Assembly: GCA_963715985.1 (NCBI GenBank) | Contig: CAVQSP010000007.1 | Span: 1-21,931, forward strand | Source of the DNA: an uncultured Thermoleophilia bacterium | GTDB lineage: Bacteria; Actinomycetota; Thermoleophilia; UBA2241 | Direction of reading: 5' to 3' | DNA length: 21,931 bases | Part shown: positions 8,654-18,270 of the stretch, piece after piece | Numbering within the stretch: position 1 is the stretch's first letter | How the letters are laid out: the number at the start of each line of letters is the position of its first letter | Made by a program: the position numbers and the translations under genes | Notes under the pieces: generated by a model | Seen by the model: the letters and a program-made list of their open reading frames with translations, nothing else | Told to the model about the DNA's origin: nothing | Databases searched by the model: none

Positions 8654-9950
8654 ATGATCCGCGACCGCAAGGACATACCGCTCTTCAGGGACGTCACAGA
8701 CGCCGAGTGGAGCGACTGGCATTGGCAGATGCGCAACCGCCTCACCACGGTGGAGGACTTCACCGAGCTGCTCGGCCTGGACGAGGCGAAGCGCGCCGAC
8801 CTGGCGGAGTGCCTCGGCAAGTTCCGCGTCAGCGTGACGCCGTACTACGCCTCCCTCATCGACCCGGACGACCCGCACGATCCCGTGCGCTCACAGGCTG
8901 TGCCCACGCCCGCCGAGCTCGTCGTCCACTCCGAGGACCTCAAGGACTCGATCGCCGAGGACTTCGACTCGCCCACCCCGCGCCTCACTCACCGCTACCC
9001 CGACCGCGTGCTCTTCGTGGTCACCGACATGTGCAGCATGTACTGCCGCCACTGCACGCGCCGGCGCCTCGTGGGCGGCAGCGAGAAGATGGTCTCGAGC
9101 ACGGACATCGACAACGCCATCACCTACATCGAGCGCTCGCCGGAGGTCCGCGACGTGCTCATCAGCGGCGGCGACCCGCTGGTCCTCGTCCGACGAGCAG
9201 CTGGAGGACATCATCTCCCGCGTGCACGCCATCCCCCACGTGGAGATCATCCGCCTCGGCTCGCGCATGCCGGTCGTCTGCCCGCAGCGCATCACCCCCG
9301 AGCTCTGCGCCATGCTCAAGAAGTACCACCCGCTGTACTTCAACACGCACTTCAACCACCCCAACGAGTTCACGCCGGAGAGCAAGGCCGCCTGTGACAG
9401 GCTGGCCGACGCCGGCATCAACCTGGGCAACCAGTCGGTGCTGCTGCGCGGCGTCAACGACTGCGCCAACGTGATGATGCAGCTGGTGCACAAGCTCCTG
9501 CAGTACCGCGTCAAGCCGTACTACTACTACCAGTGCGACCTCGCCGAGGGCACGGCGCACTTCCGCACCAGCGTCGCCAAGGGCATCGAGATCTACGAGA
9601 GCCTGCGCGGCCACACCACGGGCATGGCCGTGCCGACCTACATCATCGACGCCATCGGCGGCGGCGGGAAGACGCCGGTGTTCCCCAACTACGTGATCAC
9701 CCACGCGCCGGGCCAGGTGGTGCTGCGCAATTACGAGGGCGTGATCAGCAGGTACACGGAGCCCGAGGACTACCGGGAGCACGAGTGCCACTGCGAGGCC
9801 TGCGAGGCCGGCCGGCGGCGCCTCGGCGTGGCCGGCATGTTCGACGCTGGGCACGGGCCGATCCTCGACGACGTCTGGGCGGCCCGCATGCAGAAGGTGG
9901 TGGACCGCAAGAACCGGATGGCGGACGTCTTCGGGTCCGTAGAGGTCTGA
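8654..9950 (+). CDS. kamA: Lysine 2,3-aminomutase (radical SAM, PLP); +1 frameshift near 9188
   Basis: [27 protein letters not shown] (CxxxCxxC), [37 protein letters not shown] (PLP lysine) and C-terminal CHCEAC (Zn ligands). Confidence 0.93.
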
Positions 9951-10009
9951 GGTAAACTCCGCGCGGGTAGGAGGAAGTACCCCGGACAACCCGCCAGAGG
10001 AGTAGCGCC

Positions 10010-11797
10010 GTGCCCCGAGTCTTCATCGAGCCCGTCGGGCTGACCATCGACGTCGCCGAGGAGGAGAACCTCCTCGACGCTCTCGTGCGTGCCAACATCG
10101 AGATCCCCACCGACTGCGCCGGTCGCGGCACCTGCGGCAAGTGCTTGATGCGGCTCGGCTCCGGGGAGCTCTCGGAACACACCTCGCGCGAGCTCAAGCG
10201 CATCCCCGAGAAGCTGCGCGAGGAGGGCTGGCGCCTGGCCTGCCAGTCGTACCCACGCGGGGCACGCGTCAGCGTCGAGGTCCGCGGCACAGCTGGGCAG
10301 CGCCGCATCCTCACCACCTCCAAGCTGCAGCACGGCCGCGCGCACCCGGCGGTGTCCGTCAGGGTGCTGGAGCTGAAGAAGCCGACGCTCGAGGACGCGC
10401 GCTCGGATCTGGAGCGCTTCGATGAGGCTCTGGGCGGCGTCGAGGTGCCGCTGAACGTCCTCGACTGTCTCCCCAGGACGCTGCGCGACGGCAAGTGGAA
10501 GGTCGCCGTGACGCTGTACGGCAAGCGCGTGGTCGATGTGCACCCGGCAGACGACCATGTCCCGGAGCGGTACGGCGTGGCCGTGGACATCGGCACCTCC
10601 AAGGTCATCGCCTACCTCTTCGACCTCTCCCGCGGTGTGCTCATCGACCAGGAGGCCATCGAGAACCCGCAGATGCGCTACGGCGAGGACGTGATCTCGC
10701 GCATCGACCACGCCTCGGATTGCGACCAGGCGGCGGAGCTGGGCCGCGTCGTCCGCGGCGGCATCAACGACGACCTCAGGATCCTGTACGAGCGCCAGAG
10801 CATCCACCCCAACCACGTCTGCGACATGACGGTGGTGGGCAACACGGCCATGCACCACCTCGCCCTCGGCCTCTCTCCGGTGGGTCTGGGGTCGGCGCCC
10901 TTCGCGCCGGCCGCGGCCGAGCCGCTCAACTTCCGCGCCAGCGAGCTCGGCATCGACATGAACCCCAACGGCGGCGTGCACTTCCCGCCGCCCATCGCCG
11001 GCTTCGTCGGCTCCGACGCGCTCGCCGTCATCGCCGCCACGCGCCTCTCGCACAAGAAGCGCCCGGCCATGGCCATCGACATCGGCACCAACACCGAGAT
11101 CGCGCTGGTCAAGGACGGCCGCATCACCGTGACGAGCTGCGCCTCCGGCCCCGCCTTCGAGGGCTACCAGATGCGCAACGGCATGAAGGCGGTGGCCGGC
11201 GCCATCGAACGCGTGCGCATCACCAAGAAGGGCGAGGCGGTGGACATCCAGACCATCGCCGGCGCCCCGCCCGTGGGCATCTGCGGCTCGGGCGTGGTGG
11301 ACCTGCTGGCCGGTCTCGTGCGCGCCGGCGTCGTCGACAAGACCGGGCGCATACAGAAGCACCCGCGCGTGCGTGACGGCCAGGACGGCCTCGAGTATCT
11401 CCTCACCACCGGCCCCAGCGGCGACGTGGTCTTCACGCAACACGACGTGCGTAACCTGCAGCTGGCCAAGGGCGCCATCAACAGCGGCTGGTACCTCCTG
11501 ATGGACACGCTGGGCGTGGCCCTGGACGAGCTCGAGAGCGTGTACGTGGCCGGCGCCTTCGGCAACTACCTGGACCTGGACGCGGCCCAGTTCCTGGGGC
11601 TGTTCCCGCCGGTGTCCAAGAAGCGCGTCTCGTTCGTGGGCAACGCGGCCGGCGTGGGCGCGCAGATGGCGCTCGTCGACGTCGGCGCCCGCCGCCGCAT
11701 GGCCAAGGTCCGCGACCTCACCGGCTTCCTCGAGCTCGCCACGGACTCACGCTTCCTCGATGTTTTCGCCAGTCGCCTCGGCTTTGCCGGCGATTGA
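10010..11797 (+). CDS. ATP-dependent reductive activator of corrinoid proteins (N-terminal [2Fe-2S], ASKHA/DUF4445; RACo/RamA-like)
   Basis: CAGRGTCGKC..RLAC ferredoxin motif, then AVDIGTS, NPQ..YGEDVISRI, VGNTAMHHL, GFVGSD, IDIGTNTE, ASGPAFEG, GICGSG, AGAFG and GNAA. Confidence 0.93.
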   Translation: MPRVFIEPVGLTIDVAEEENLLDALVRANIEIPTDCAGRGTCGKCLMRLGSGELSEHTSRELKRIPEKLREEGWRLACQSYPRGARVSVEVRGTAGQRRILTTSKLQHGRAHPAVSVRVLELKKPTLEDARSDLERFDEALGGVEVPLNVLDCLPRTLRDGKWKVAVTLYGKRVVDVHPADDHVPERYGVAVDIGTSKVIAYLFDLSRGVLIDQEAIENPQMRYGEDVISRIDHASDCDQAAELGRVVRGGINDDLRILYERQSIHPNHVCDMTVVGNTAMHHLALGLSPVGLGSAPFAPAAAEPLNFRASELGIDMNPNGGVHFPPPIAGFVGSDALAVIAATRLSHKKRPAMAIDIGTNTEIALVKDGRITVTSCASGPAFEGYQMRNGMKAVAGAIERVRITKKGEAVDIQTIAGAPPVGICGSGVVDLLAGLVRAGVVDKTGRIQKHPRVRDGQDGLEYLLTTGPSGDVVFTQHDVRNLQLAKGAINSGWYLLMDTLGVALDELESVYVAGAFGNYLDLDAAQFLGLFPPVSKKRVSFVGNAAGVGAQMALVDVGARRRMAKVRDLTGFLELATDSRFLDVFASRLGFAGD

Positions 11798-11948
11798 TCG
11801 GCGAAGCGGAATCAACGTGTGGTGCGCCGAAGGTGCACCACACACTGAGCGGCGCAACGGAATCAACGAGGGGTGCGCCGAAGGTGCACCACACACTGAT
11901 CGGTGCAGTGGAACCAACGAGGGGGGCGGCACAGCCGCCCCCCTCGTT
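11795..11948. repeat. Tandem 51-bp units, each carrying a palindrome (REP/BIME-like cluster)
   Basis: Units 11795-11845 and 11846-11896 share GGTGCGCCGAAGGTGCACCACACAC. A third unit from 11897 keeps the linker (TGA.CGG.G....GGAA.CAACG) but ends in a perfect 15-bp hairpin (11916-11948). Confidence 0.85.
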
Positions 11949-11981
11949 CAGCGAAAGAGGGGCACCGGCAAGGGGAGCGCG

Positions 11982-12902
11982 GTGGGCGGACCGCTACCCG
12001 ACCGGCGCCTTCGCGGCTACGTCGAGATCTGCGTCTCGGCGCTCATCCTCGGGACGTCGGCCACACTGATCCAGGTCTCGACGATGCCGGCCAGCCTGCT
12101 CGTGGTCACACGGATGGGGCTGGCCGGCATCGTGCTTGCCGTCCTCTTCTTCCTGACGGGCGGCGTGGATGAGGTGAGGCGCAGCGGCCATCTGCGCCGG
12201 CTCGTGCTCATCGGCTTCGTAGTCGCCGCGGAGATGCTCCTGTACTACGCCGCCATCCGGCTCGCCGACGTCACGGTCGGCGTCTCGCTCGAGTACATGG
12301 CGCCGGTGTGGGTGGCACTGGCCGCGCCCTGGGTGCTGCACACGCGGCGACAGCGCGTGGACATGATCGCCGTCGGCGTCGCGGTGGCTGGTATGGCGCT
12401 CATCCTGGTGCCCAGCGTCAGCCTGTCGGCGGCGGCCGGCAGTGCGCCGGGCATCGTTTGCGGCGTCCTCGCCGGTGTCTGCTTCGCCGCCGCGATGATG
12501 CTCATCAAGACCGTGGGCCGGGGCGTGCGCGGCTCGACCTTCGCGCTGTTCTACTGTGCGGGCAGCGTCGTGCTCATCACGCCGCTGGCCGTGTGGCAGA
12601 CGGCGGCCGGTCACTATCACCTGACGAGCACCGACGCGTGGATCGTCGTCATCGGCGGGCTCGTGTACACGGCTCTGTGCTTCAGCCTGTTCAGCGACGG
12701 GCTGCGCTACGTGCGCGTGGAGCAGGCCGGCATCCTCGGCTACCTCGAGCCGGTGACGGCGCCACTGTGGGCGCTTCTCCTGATCGGCGAGGTGCCGCCG
12801 TGGACCACCGCGGCCGGCGGCCTGCTCATCGTCGTCGCCGGCCTTATCGTCATCGTCCTGGGCAAGGGTGAGGTCGAGGCCGTGCCGGAGCCCCTCACGT
12901 GA
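11982..12902 (+). CDS. EamA/DMT-family transporter 1
   Basis: About 10 hydrophobic segments with Y.AP.WVAL and GYLEPV.A motifs. GTG start at 11982 after GGGGAG. Confidence 0.88.
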   Translation: MGGPLPDRRLRGYVEICVSALILGTSATLIQVSTMPASLLVVTRMGLAGIVLAVLFFLTGGVDEVRRSGHLRRLVLIGFVVAAEMLLYYAAIRLADVTVGVSLEYMAPVWVALAAPWVLHTRRQRVDMIAVGVAVAGMALILVPSVSLSAAAGSAPGIVCGVLAGVCFAAAMMLIKTVGRGVRGSTFALFYCAGSVVLITPLAVWQTAAGHYHLTSTDAWIVVIGGLVYTALCFSLFSDGLRYVRVEQAGILGYLEPVTAPLWALLLIGEVPPWTTAAGGLLIVVAGLIVIVLGKGEVEAVPEPLT

Positions 12903-13876
12903 CGCGAGGTGCGTCAAGCCTGGAGAGACCGTCCGCGCCTGCCGGGGCGCCGGCCGCGCCCGGGGCCACGGAGCAGCAGGAGCGCCTGCGCGGGTTCGTC
13001 GCGGTGGCCCTGGCGTCCATCGCCAACGGCTCCATCGGCGTGATGGTCACTTACGCCGAGATGCCGGCCACCATGCTGCTCTGCCTGCGCATGGCGTTCG
13101 CCGCCGCCGCCCTGGGGATCGTGGTGGTGGCGGCGGGGAGCTGGCGTGACCTGCGCCTCCCGGGAGCGCCCTTGCGTGTGCTGGCCATCAGCGTGTCTCT
13201 CGCGCTCAACCTCATCCTCTACTTCCTCGCCATCCGCTACACGGGCGTCGCGGTGGCGATCTTCCTCTCGTACCTGGCGCCGGTGTACCTCGCCTTCATC
13301 GCGCCGCGCATCCTCCACGAGACCACCGAGCGCATCGTCTACGTGGCCGTCTCGATCGGTCTGACCGGCATGGCGCTGATCCTCGTCCCCGGCCTCCTGC
13401 TGGAGGGCATGGACCTCACGCCGAAAGGGCTGTCGTGCGCGGTGGGCGCCGGCATCATGTATGCGCTGTACCTGCTCTTCGCCAAGTCGCTGCGCACGCG
13501 GCACGTGCGCAGCACGGCGGTGGTGTTCGCGCAGAGCGCGTTCACCGCCCTGGTCATGCTCGTGCCGGGCCTGCTCGCGGTGTCGGCCGCCCACTACGTC
13601 TACGATGGCCGCGACCTGCTCATGGCCGCCCTGCTGGGCCTGGTGACCACGGCCTTCTCGTTCAGCCTGTTCATGCACGGCCTGCGCTACGTGCGCGTGC
13701 AGCACGCCTCCATCATCGCCTACCTCGAGCCGGTGAGCGCGCCGCTCTACGCGCTGGTGTTCCTCGGCCAGGTGCCCTCCGCCTGGACGCTGGCCGGCGG
13801 CGCCCTCATCGTCGGCGCCGGCATCCTCGTGGTGCTGTTCGGCCGCGGGGAGATCGAGCCGGAGCTGGTCGGATGA
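12899..13876 (+). CDS. EamA/DMT-family transporter 2
   Basis: GTGA overlap with the previous stop. AIRYTGVAVAIFLSYLAP and AYLEPVSAP motifs. Confidence 0.9.
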   Translation: MTRGASSLERPSAPAGAPAAPGATEQQERLRGFVAVALASIANGSIGVMVTYAEMPATMLLCLRMAFAAAALGIVVVAAGSWRDLRLPGAPLRVLAISVSLALNLILYFLAIRYTGVAVAIFLSYLAPVYLAFIAPRILHETTERIVYVAVSIGLTGMALILVPGLLLEGMDLTPKGLSCAVGAGIMYALYLLFAKSLRTRHVRSTAVVFAQSAFTALVMLVPGLLAVSAAHYVYDGRDLLMAALLGLVTTAFSFSLFMHGLRYVRVQHASIIAYLEPVSAPLYALVFLGQVPSAWTLAGGALIVGAGILVVLFGRGEIEPELVG

Positions 13877-14775
13877 AGGGCCGCGCCGCGCAGGCATACG
13901 CGATGGTGGCCGCCTCCTATCTGATCATCGGCCTGTCCGGGACACTGGTCACGTGGGCCACGGCGCCGGGGAGCGCGCTGCTGGTGCTCCGTTTCGCCGT
14001 GGCCTCTCTGGTCATCGGCGCGGTGGTGGCGCGCAAGCGCAGGCTGGCCGGGGTCATGCGCCGCGACGTCTGGCCGCGGCTGCTGCTCATGGGCTTCTTC
14101 GACGCCGCCGGGCTTCTGCTGTACTTCGTGGCCATCCGCGAGACCAGCGTCGCCATCGCCACCTTCCTCTTCTTCATCCAGCCGGTATGGATCGCGGTGC
14201 TGGCACCGCGCCTGCTGCACAGCCCCACGGAGCGGGTCGTGTACGTGGCCATCGGTCTCGCCCTGGCCGGGCTGGCCGTCATCCTCGTGCCGGCGTGGTC
14301 GGGTGGAGGCATCCACGCCTCCGCCCTGGGCCTGCTCGCCGGCCTGCTTTCCGGCTTCGCATACGCTGGATTCGCCCTCATCGTCAAGGGGCTTTCCAGG
14401 CGCGTGGACAGCGGCACGATGGTCCTGTCCGAGTGCGCGCTCGACTGTCTGTTCCTGCTGCCGCTCGCCTTGTGGCAGACCGTCGGCGCGGGTTACGCGC
14501 TCACGGGGCGCGACGTGCTTGTGGCGCTCATCCTCGGGCTGGTCTGCACGGCCGTGGCCTACAGCCTGTGGATGGAAGGCGTGCGCTGGGTGCGCATGCA
14601 GCACAGCGCAGTACTCGGCTTCCTCGCCCCGGTGGCGGCGCCGATCTACGCCCTGCTGCTGCTGGGGCAGACGATCACCGCCTGGACTGCGGCCGGCGGC
14701 GCCCTCATCCTCGCCGCCGGCATCCTCGTCGTCCTGCGTGGGGAGGCGGACATCGAGTTGGAGCCGCCGGCGTGA
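13873..14775 (+). CDS. EamA/DMT-family transporter 3
   Basis: ATGA overlap at 13873-13876. AIRETSVAIATFLFFIQP and GFLAPVAAP motifs. Confidence 0.9.
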   Translation: MKGRAAQAYAMVAASYLIIGLSGTLVTWATAPGSALLVLRFAVASLVIGAVVARKRRLAGVMRRDVWPRLLLMGFFDAAGLLLYFVAIRETSVAIATFLFFIQPVWIAVLAPRLLHSPTERVVYVAIGLALAGLAVILVPAWSGGGIHASALGLLAGLLSGFAYAGFALIVKGLSRRVDSGTMVLSECALDCLFLLPLALWQTVGAGYALTGRDVLVALILGLVCTAVAYSLWMEGVRWVRMQHSAVLGFLAPVAAPIYALLLLGQTITAWTAAGGALILAAGILVVLRGEADIELEPPA

Positions 14776-15734
14776 GCGGCGCGGCGTCACCGGCCGCCGG
14801 GGCCATCGGCCCTCCGCGCCGCGACCTGCTCGGCTACGGCATCGTCCTCGTCTCGTACCTGGGCATGGCCGGCAGCGCGCCGCTCGTGGCCTGGGCCGGC
14901 GCCCCCGAGGCCATCATCCTCACGCTGCGCATGGCCTTCGCCGCCCTGGCTCTCGGGGTCGTGTTCCTGCGCCGTCCGATGATCGCCGACTGGCGCCGCC
15001 CGGGCGCCGCCTGGCGCCTCATCGTCATGGCGGCGATGTCGTCGCTCACGCTGCTGCTCTTCTTCTTCGCGGTGCTCCACACCAGCGTGGCCATCGCCAT
15101 GTTCCTGCTGTTCCTGATGCCGGTCTGGGTGGCCCTGGCCGCCCCGCGCCTCTTCCACTCGCCGCGCGAGCCCATCGTGTTCCCTGCCCTCGCGCTGGCC
15201 CTCGCCGGTCTCGTCGTCATCCTGCTCCCCGACCTCCTCGGCGAGGGCGTCAAGCTCTCGCTCGCCGGCCTGCTGGCGGCGCTGTTCACCGGCTTCGGCT
15301 ATGCCACCTACACGGTCTCGGTGAAGGGGCTGACGAAGATCGTCGCGCCCTCCACCATCTCGATGGCGGAGGCCGCCGGCGACGCGCTCATCGTCCTTCC
15401 CCTGGCGCTGTGGCAGTTCTCCAGCACCGGCTACCGCCTGGACGGGCGCGCCTGGATCGCCGCACTCGTGATGGGCGTGGCCTGCACGGCGATCCCGTAC
15501 ACGCTCTGGATCGAAGGCACGCGGCGCGTGCGCGTCGAGCACGTGACCATCCTCGGGTACATCGAGCCCGTGGCCGGACCTCTGTACGCCGTGTTCCTCG
15601 TGGGACAGCTGCCGGGAGTGTGGACCTGGGTGGGCGGCGCCCTGATCCTCGGTGCAGGCCTCCTGGTCGTGATCTTCGGCCGCGGCGAGGGCGAGGCCTC
15701 GACCGCCGCGGCCGCGGAACCGGAGCCGCTGTGA
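14772..15734 (+). CDS. EamA/DMT-family transporter 4
   Basis: GTGA overlap at 14772-14775. AVLHTSVAIAMFLLFLMP and GYIEPVAGP motifs. Confidence 0.9.
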   Translation: MSGAASPAAGAIGPPRRDLLGYGIVLVSYLGMAGSAPLVAWAGAPEAIILTLRMAFAALALGVVFLRRPMIADWRRPGAAWRLIVMAAMSSLTLLLFFFAVLHTSVAIAMFLLFLMPVWVALAAPRLFHSPREPIVFPALALALAGLVVILLPDLLGEGVKLSLAGLLAALFTGFGYATYTVSVKGLTKIVAPSTISMAEAAGDALIVLPLALWQFSSTGYRLDGRAWIAALVMGVACTAIPYTLWIEGTRRVRVEHVTILGYIEPVAGPLYAVFLVGQLPGVWTWVGGALILGAGLLVVIFGRGEGEASTAAAAEPEPL

Positions 15735-15738
15735 GAGG

Positions 15739-16662
15739 ATGCGCCGCATGACCCGCCGCGCCGCCGAGGGCTACATGCTCGTGGCCGGCTCCTTCCTGAT
15801 CATGGGGCTCATCGGGGTGCTGGTGGACTGGGCGACCGCCCCGGAGAGCGCCCTCCTGGTGCTGCGCTTCGCGACCGCAGGGCTGGTGCTGGGCGTGATC
15901 TTCGCGCGCCGACACCCGCTGGCCGGCGTGGCCGCCCGTTCTGTCTGGCCGCGCCTCCTGCTGATGGGCGTCATCGATTCGATCACGCTGCTGCTCTTCT
16001 TCATCGCCATCCGCTGGACGGGGGTCGCGATCGCCATGTTCCTCCAGTTCCTCGCGCCGGTCTGGGTGGCGCTCATCGCCCCCCGCGTGTCCCGGGCGCC
16101 CACCGAGCGCATCGTCTACCCTGCGCTCGCCGTCGCCTTGGGCGGACTGGTCGTCATCCTGGCGCCGACTCTCCTCGGCAGCGGCGCGAGCCTCTCCGTC
16201 GTCGGTGTCGCCGCCGGGCTCGGCGGCGGCCTCTGCTACGCGTTCTTCCAGCTCGTCGTCAAGGATCTGACGAAGCGCGTGTCGGCAGTCACCATCGTGT
16301 TCTCGGAGTCCTGGCTGGACGCGCTCATCCTGCTGCCGCTGGCTCTCTGGCAGACCGTCGGCGTCGGCTACCAGATCACATCTCGCGACCTCGTCGCCGG
16401 CGTCATCCTCGGCGTGGTCTGCACGGCGCTCGCCTACACGATGTGGACCTCGGGGATGGGGATGATCAAGGTGCAGCACAGTTCGATCCTCGGGTATCTC
16501 GAGCTCGTGTCGGCGCCCTTGTACGCGTTCTTGCTGCTCGGCCAGGCGATCTCCCTGTGGACGATCGCCGGCGGGGCCCTCATCGTCGCGGCCGGCGTGC
16601 TCGTCATCCTGTTCGGCGAGCGCGAGGAGGAGGGCGCCGTCTCGCTGGAGCCGGGGCCGTAG
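15739..16662 (+). CDS. EamA/DMT-family transporter 5 (TAG stop)
   Basis: Starts 4 nt after the previous stop. AIRWTGVAIAMFLQFLAP and GYLELVSAP motifs. Confidence 0.9.
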   Translation: MRRMTRRAAEGYMLVAGSFLIMGLIGVLVDWATAPESALLVLRFATAGLVLGVIFARRHPLAGVAARSVWPRLLLMGVIDSITLLLFFIAIRWTGVAIAMFLQFLAPVWVALIAPRVSRAPTERIVYPALAVALGGLVVILAPTLLGSGASLSVVGVAAGLGGGLCYAFFQLVVKDLTKRVSAVTIVFSESWLDALILLPLALWQTVGVGYQITSRDLVAGVILGVVCTALAYTMWTSGMGMIKVQHSSILGYLELVSAPLYAFLLLGQAISLWTIAGGALIVAAGVLVILFGEREEEGAVSLEPGP

Positions 16663-16663
16663 G

Positions 16664-16705
16664 CGCGGCGAGCGAAGCGCCCGGGAGGGCGCTTCGCTCG
16701 CCGCG
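16664..16705 (+). terminator. Perfect 19-bp stem with GGGA tetraloop directly after the last EamA gene
   Basis: CGCGGCGAGCGAAGCGCCC-GGGA-GGGCGCTTCGCTCGCCGCG. No U tract. Confidence 0.7.
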
Positions 16706-16740
16706 GTATCCCGGCGGTCGGCCGGGGGCTCGGTCGAAAC

Positions 16741-16789
16741 GGCGTTTTCAATGGAACGCCCCGTTGCTTGTACTTCCAATTGAAATGCC
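16741..16789. promoter_or_regulatory. AT-rich paired pseudo-palindromic boxes upstream of kat-kce; candidate operator
   Basis: TTTCAATGGAA (16746-16756) and TTCCAATTGAAA (16774-16785) form an imperfect inverted repeat in an otherwise GC-rich context. Confidence 0.45.
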
Positions 16790-16995
16790 GTGCGAGAACA
16801 CCACGCCCGGCGCGCCCGTGTCTCCGCCGAGCCTTGGCGCCGGACCAGGGCTGGACATCCTGGCGCCTCGCCCCCGCGGCGGCTCTCCCGCCCGCGCACG
16901 CGAGCGACGTGCCGTTGCCCCGCGTATCCGATACGCTCTGGCAGCGGGCTCGAGGCGGACGTCGTCGGGGGCCCGTCCGGCCCAAAGGAGCCCCG

Positions 16996-18264
16996 ATGAC
17001 GAAGCACATCGAGAACGCGCCCAAGCTCGACCTGACGAAGTCCATGGCCATGCTCGAGGACGCCCAGCGCCTCACCCCGGGCGGCGTGGGCGGCATCCGC
17101 CGCCCGTACAACTTCGTGATCGGCGAGTACCCCGTGTTCATCACCCACGGCCACCACGGCCACATCGTGGATGTGGACGGCAACGAGTACATCGACATGC
17201 TCTGCGCCTACGGGCCGATCATCCTCGGCTACGTCGAGGAGGAGATCAACGCCGCCGCCAAGGCGCAGATGGACAAGGGCTTCTGCTTCAGCCTCGTGCA
17301 GCCGCTGCAGAACGAGCTCGAGCAGCGGCTCGCCGACATCATGCCCTGCGGCGAGCAGACCATCCTCGTCAAGACCGGCTCGGACGCGACCAACGCGGCC
17401 GTGCGCGCCATGCGCGCCTACACCGGCCGCGACAAGATCGCCCGCTGCGGCTACCACGGCTGGGGCGATTGGTGCGTGGAGCACCACGGCGGCGTGCCGC
17501 AGGCGGTCTACGAGCTCACCAGGGAGTTCGAGTACGGCGACCTCGCCGACCTCGAGCGCGTCTTCGCCGAGAACCCGGGCGAGATCGCCGGCGTCATCAT
17601 CACCCCGGTCGGCCACCCCATGGCCAAGCCGGTCGTGGCGCCGCCGCCGGGATACCTGCAGGCGGTCGTCGACCTGGCCCACAAGAACGGTGCGGTGGTC
17701 ACGTTCGACGAGATCCGCACCGGCTTCCGCGTGGCCATGGGCGGGGCCAGCGAGCGCTACGGCGTGGTCCCCGACCTCACCACAGTGGGCAAGGCCATGG
17801 CCAACGGCTACTCCATCGCGGCTCTGGTCGGCAAGCGCGAGATCCTCAACGTCTACGTCAAGGACGCCTTCCTCAGCTCCACCTACTTCCCCAACAGCCT
17901 GGAGATGGCGGCCAGCATGAAGTGCCTCGAGATCCTCGAGCGCGAGAAGGTGCAGGACGCGATCTGGGAACGCGGCACGAGGTTCCTCGAGAGGCTCGGC
18001 GCGATCGTCGCGAAGAGCGGCGTGCCGGTGACGATGAGCGGCATCCCGCCGATGCCGTTCCTCACCTTCGATCACGCCGACGAGCACTACAAGGAGCGGC
18101 GCACGCAGTTCTACACGCAGTGCATCCGCCGCGGCCTCTTCGTGCAGCCGTATCATCACTGGTACATCTGCTACCGCCACACCGAGCACGACCTGGACCG
18201 GGCGCTCGAGGTGGTCGAAGAGAGCCTGGCGTTCGTGCGCCAGCAGATCCCGTACGTGGGGTAG
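16996..18264 (+). CDS. kat: 3-aminobutyryl-CoA aminotransferase (class III)
   Basis: AAGGAG SD before ATG 16996. PGGV.GIRRPYNFV.GEYP, LCAYGPII, KGFCFSL, YHGW.DWCVE, IITP.GHP, GKAMANG, LSST.FPNS and QPYHH.YICYRH match Cloacimonas Kat as recalled. Adjacent to kce. Confidence 0.85.
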   Translation: MTKHIENAPKLDLTKSMAMLEDAQRLTPGGVGGIRRPYNFVIGEYPVFITHGHHGHIVDVDGNEYIDMLCAYGPIILGYVEEEINAAAKAQMDKGFCFSLVQPLQNELEQRLADIMPCGEQTILVKTGSDATNAAVRAMRAYTGRDKIARCGYHGWGDWCVEHHGGVPQAVYELTREFEYGDLADLERVFAENPGEIAGVIITPVGHPMAKPVVAPPPGYLQAVVDLAHKNGAVVTFDEIRTGFRVAMGGASERYGVVPDLTTVGKAMANGYSIAALVGKREILNVYVKDAFLSSTYFPNSLEMAASMKCLEILEREKVQDAIWERGTRFLERLGAIVAKSGVPVTMSGIPPMPFLTFDHADEHYKERRTQFYTQCIRRGLFVQPYHHWYICYRHTEHDLDRALEVVEESLAFVRQQIPYVG

Positions 18265-18270
18265 TGACCG

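Noticed and set aside
8654-9950. EpmB (EF-P modification) or PylB identity for the radical SAM gene
   Set aside because: Length of about 430 aa, GGGGKTP and the C-terminal Cys cluster fit KamA/AblA, and kat-kce nearby favours the catabolic role.
11795-11948. CRISPR array
   Set aside because: Only two and a half units, the intervening segments are near-identical rather than unique spacers, and no cas genes are present.
15739-18264. EamA5-Kat fusion by TAG readthrough (the frame is open from 16663 to 16995)
   Set aside because: The linker is non-coding-like and contains a strong hairpin and operator-like boxes. kat has its own SD, and open frames are common at this GC content.
16996-18264. 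hemL annotation
   Set aside because: The GIRRPYNF and QPYHH motifs and adjacency to kce fit Kat. No tetrapyrrole genes are nearby.
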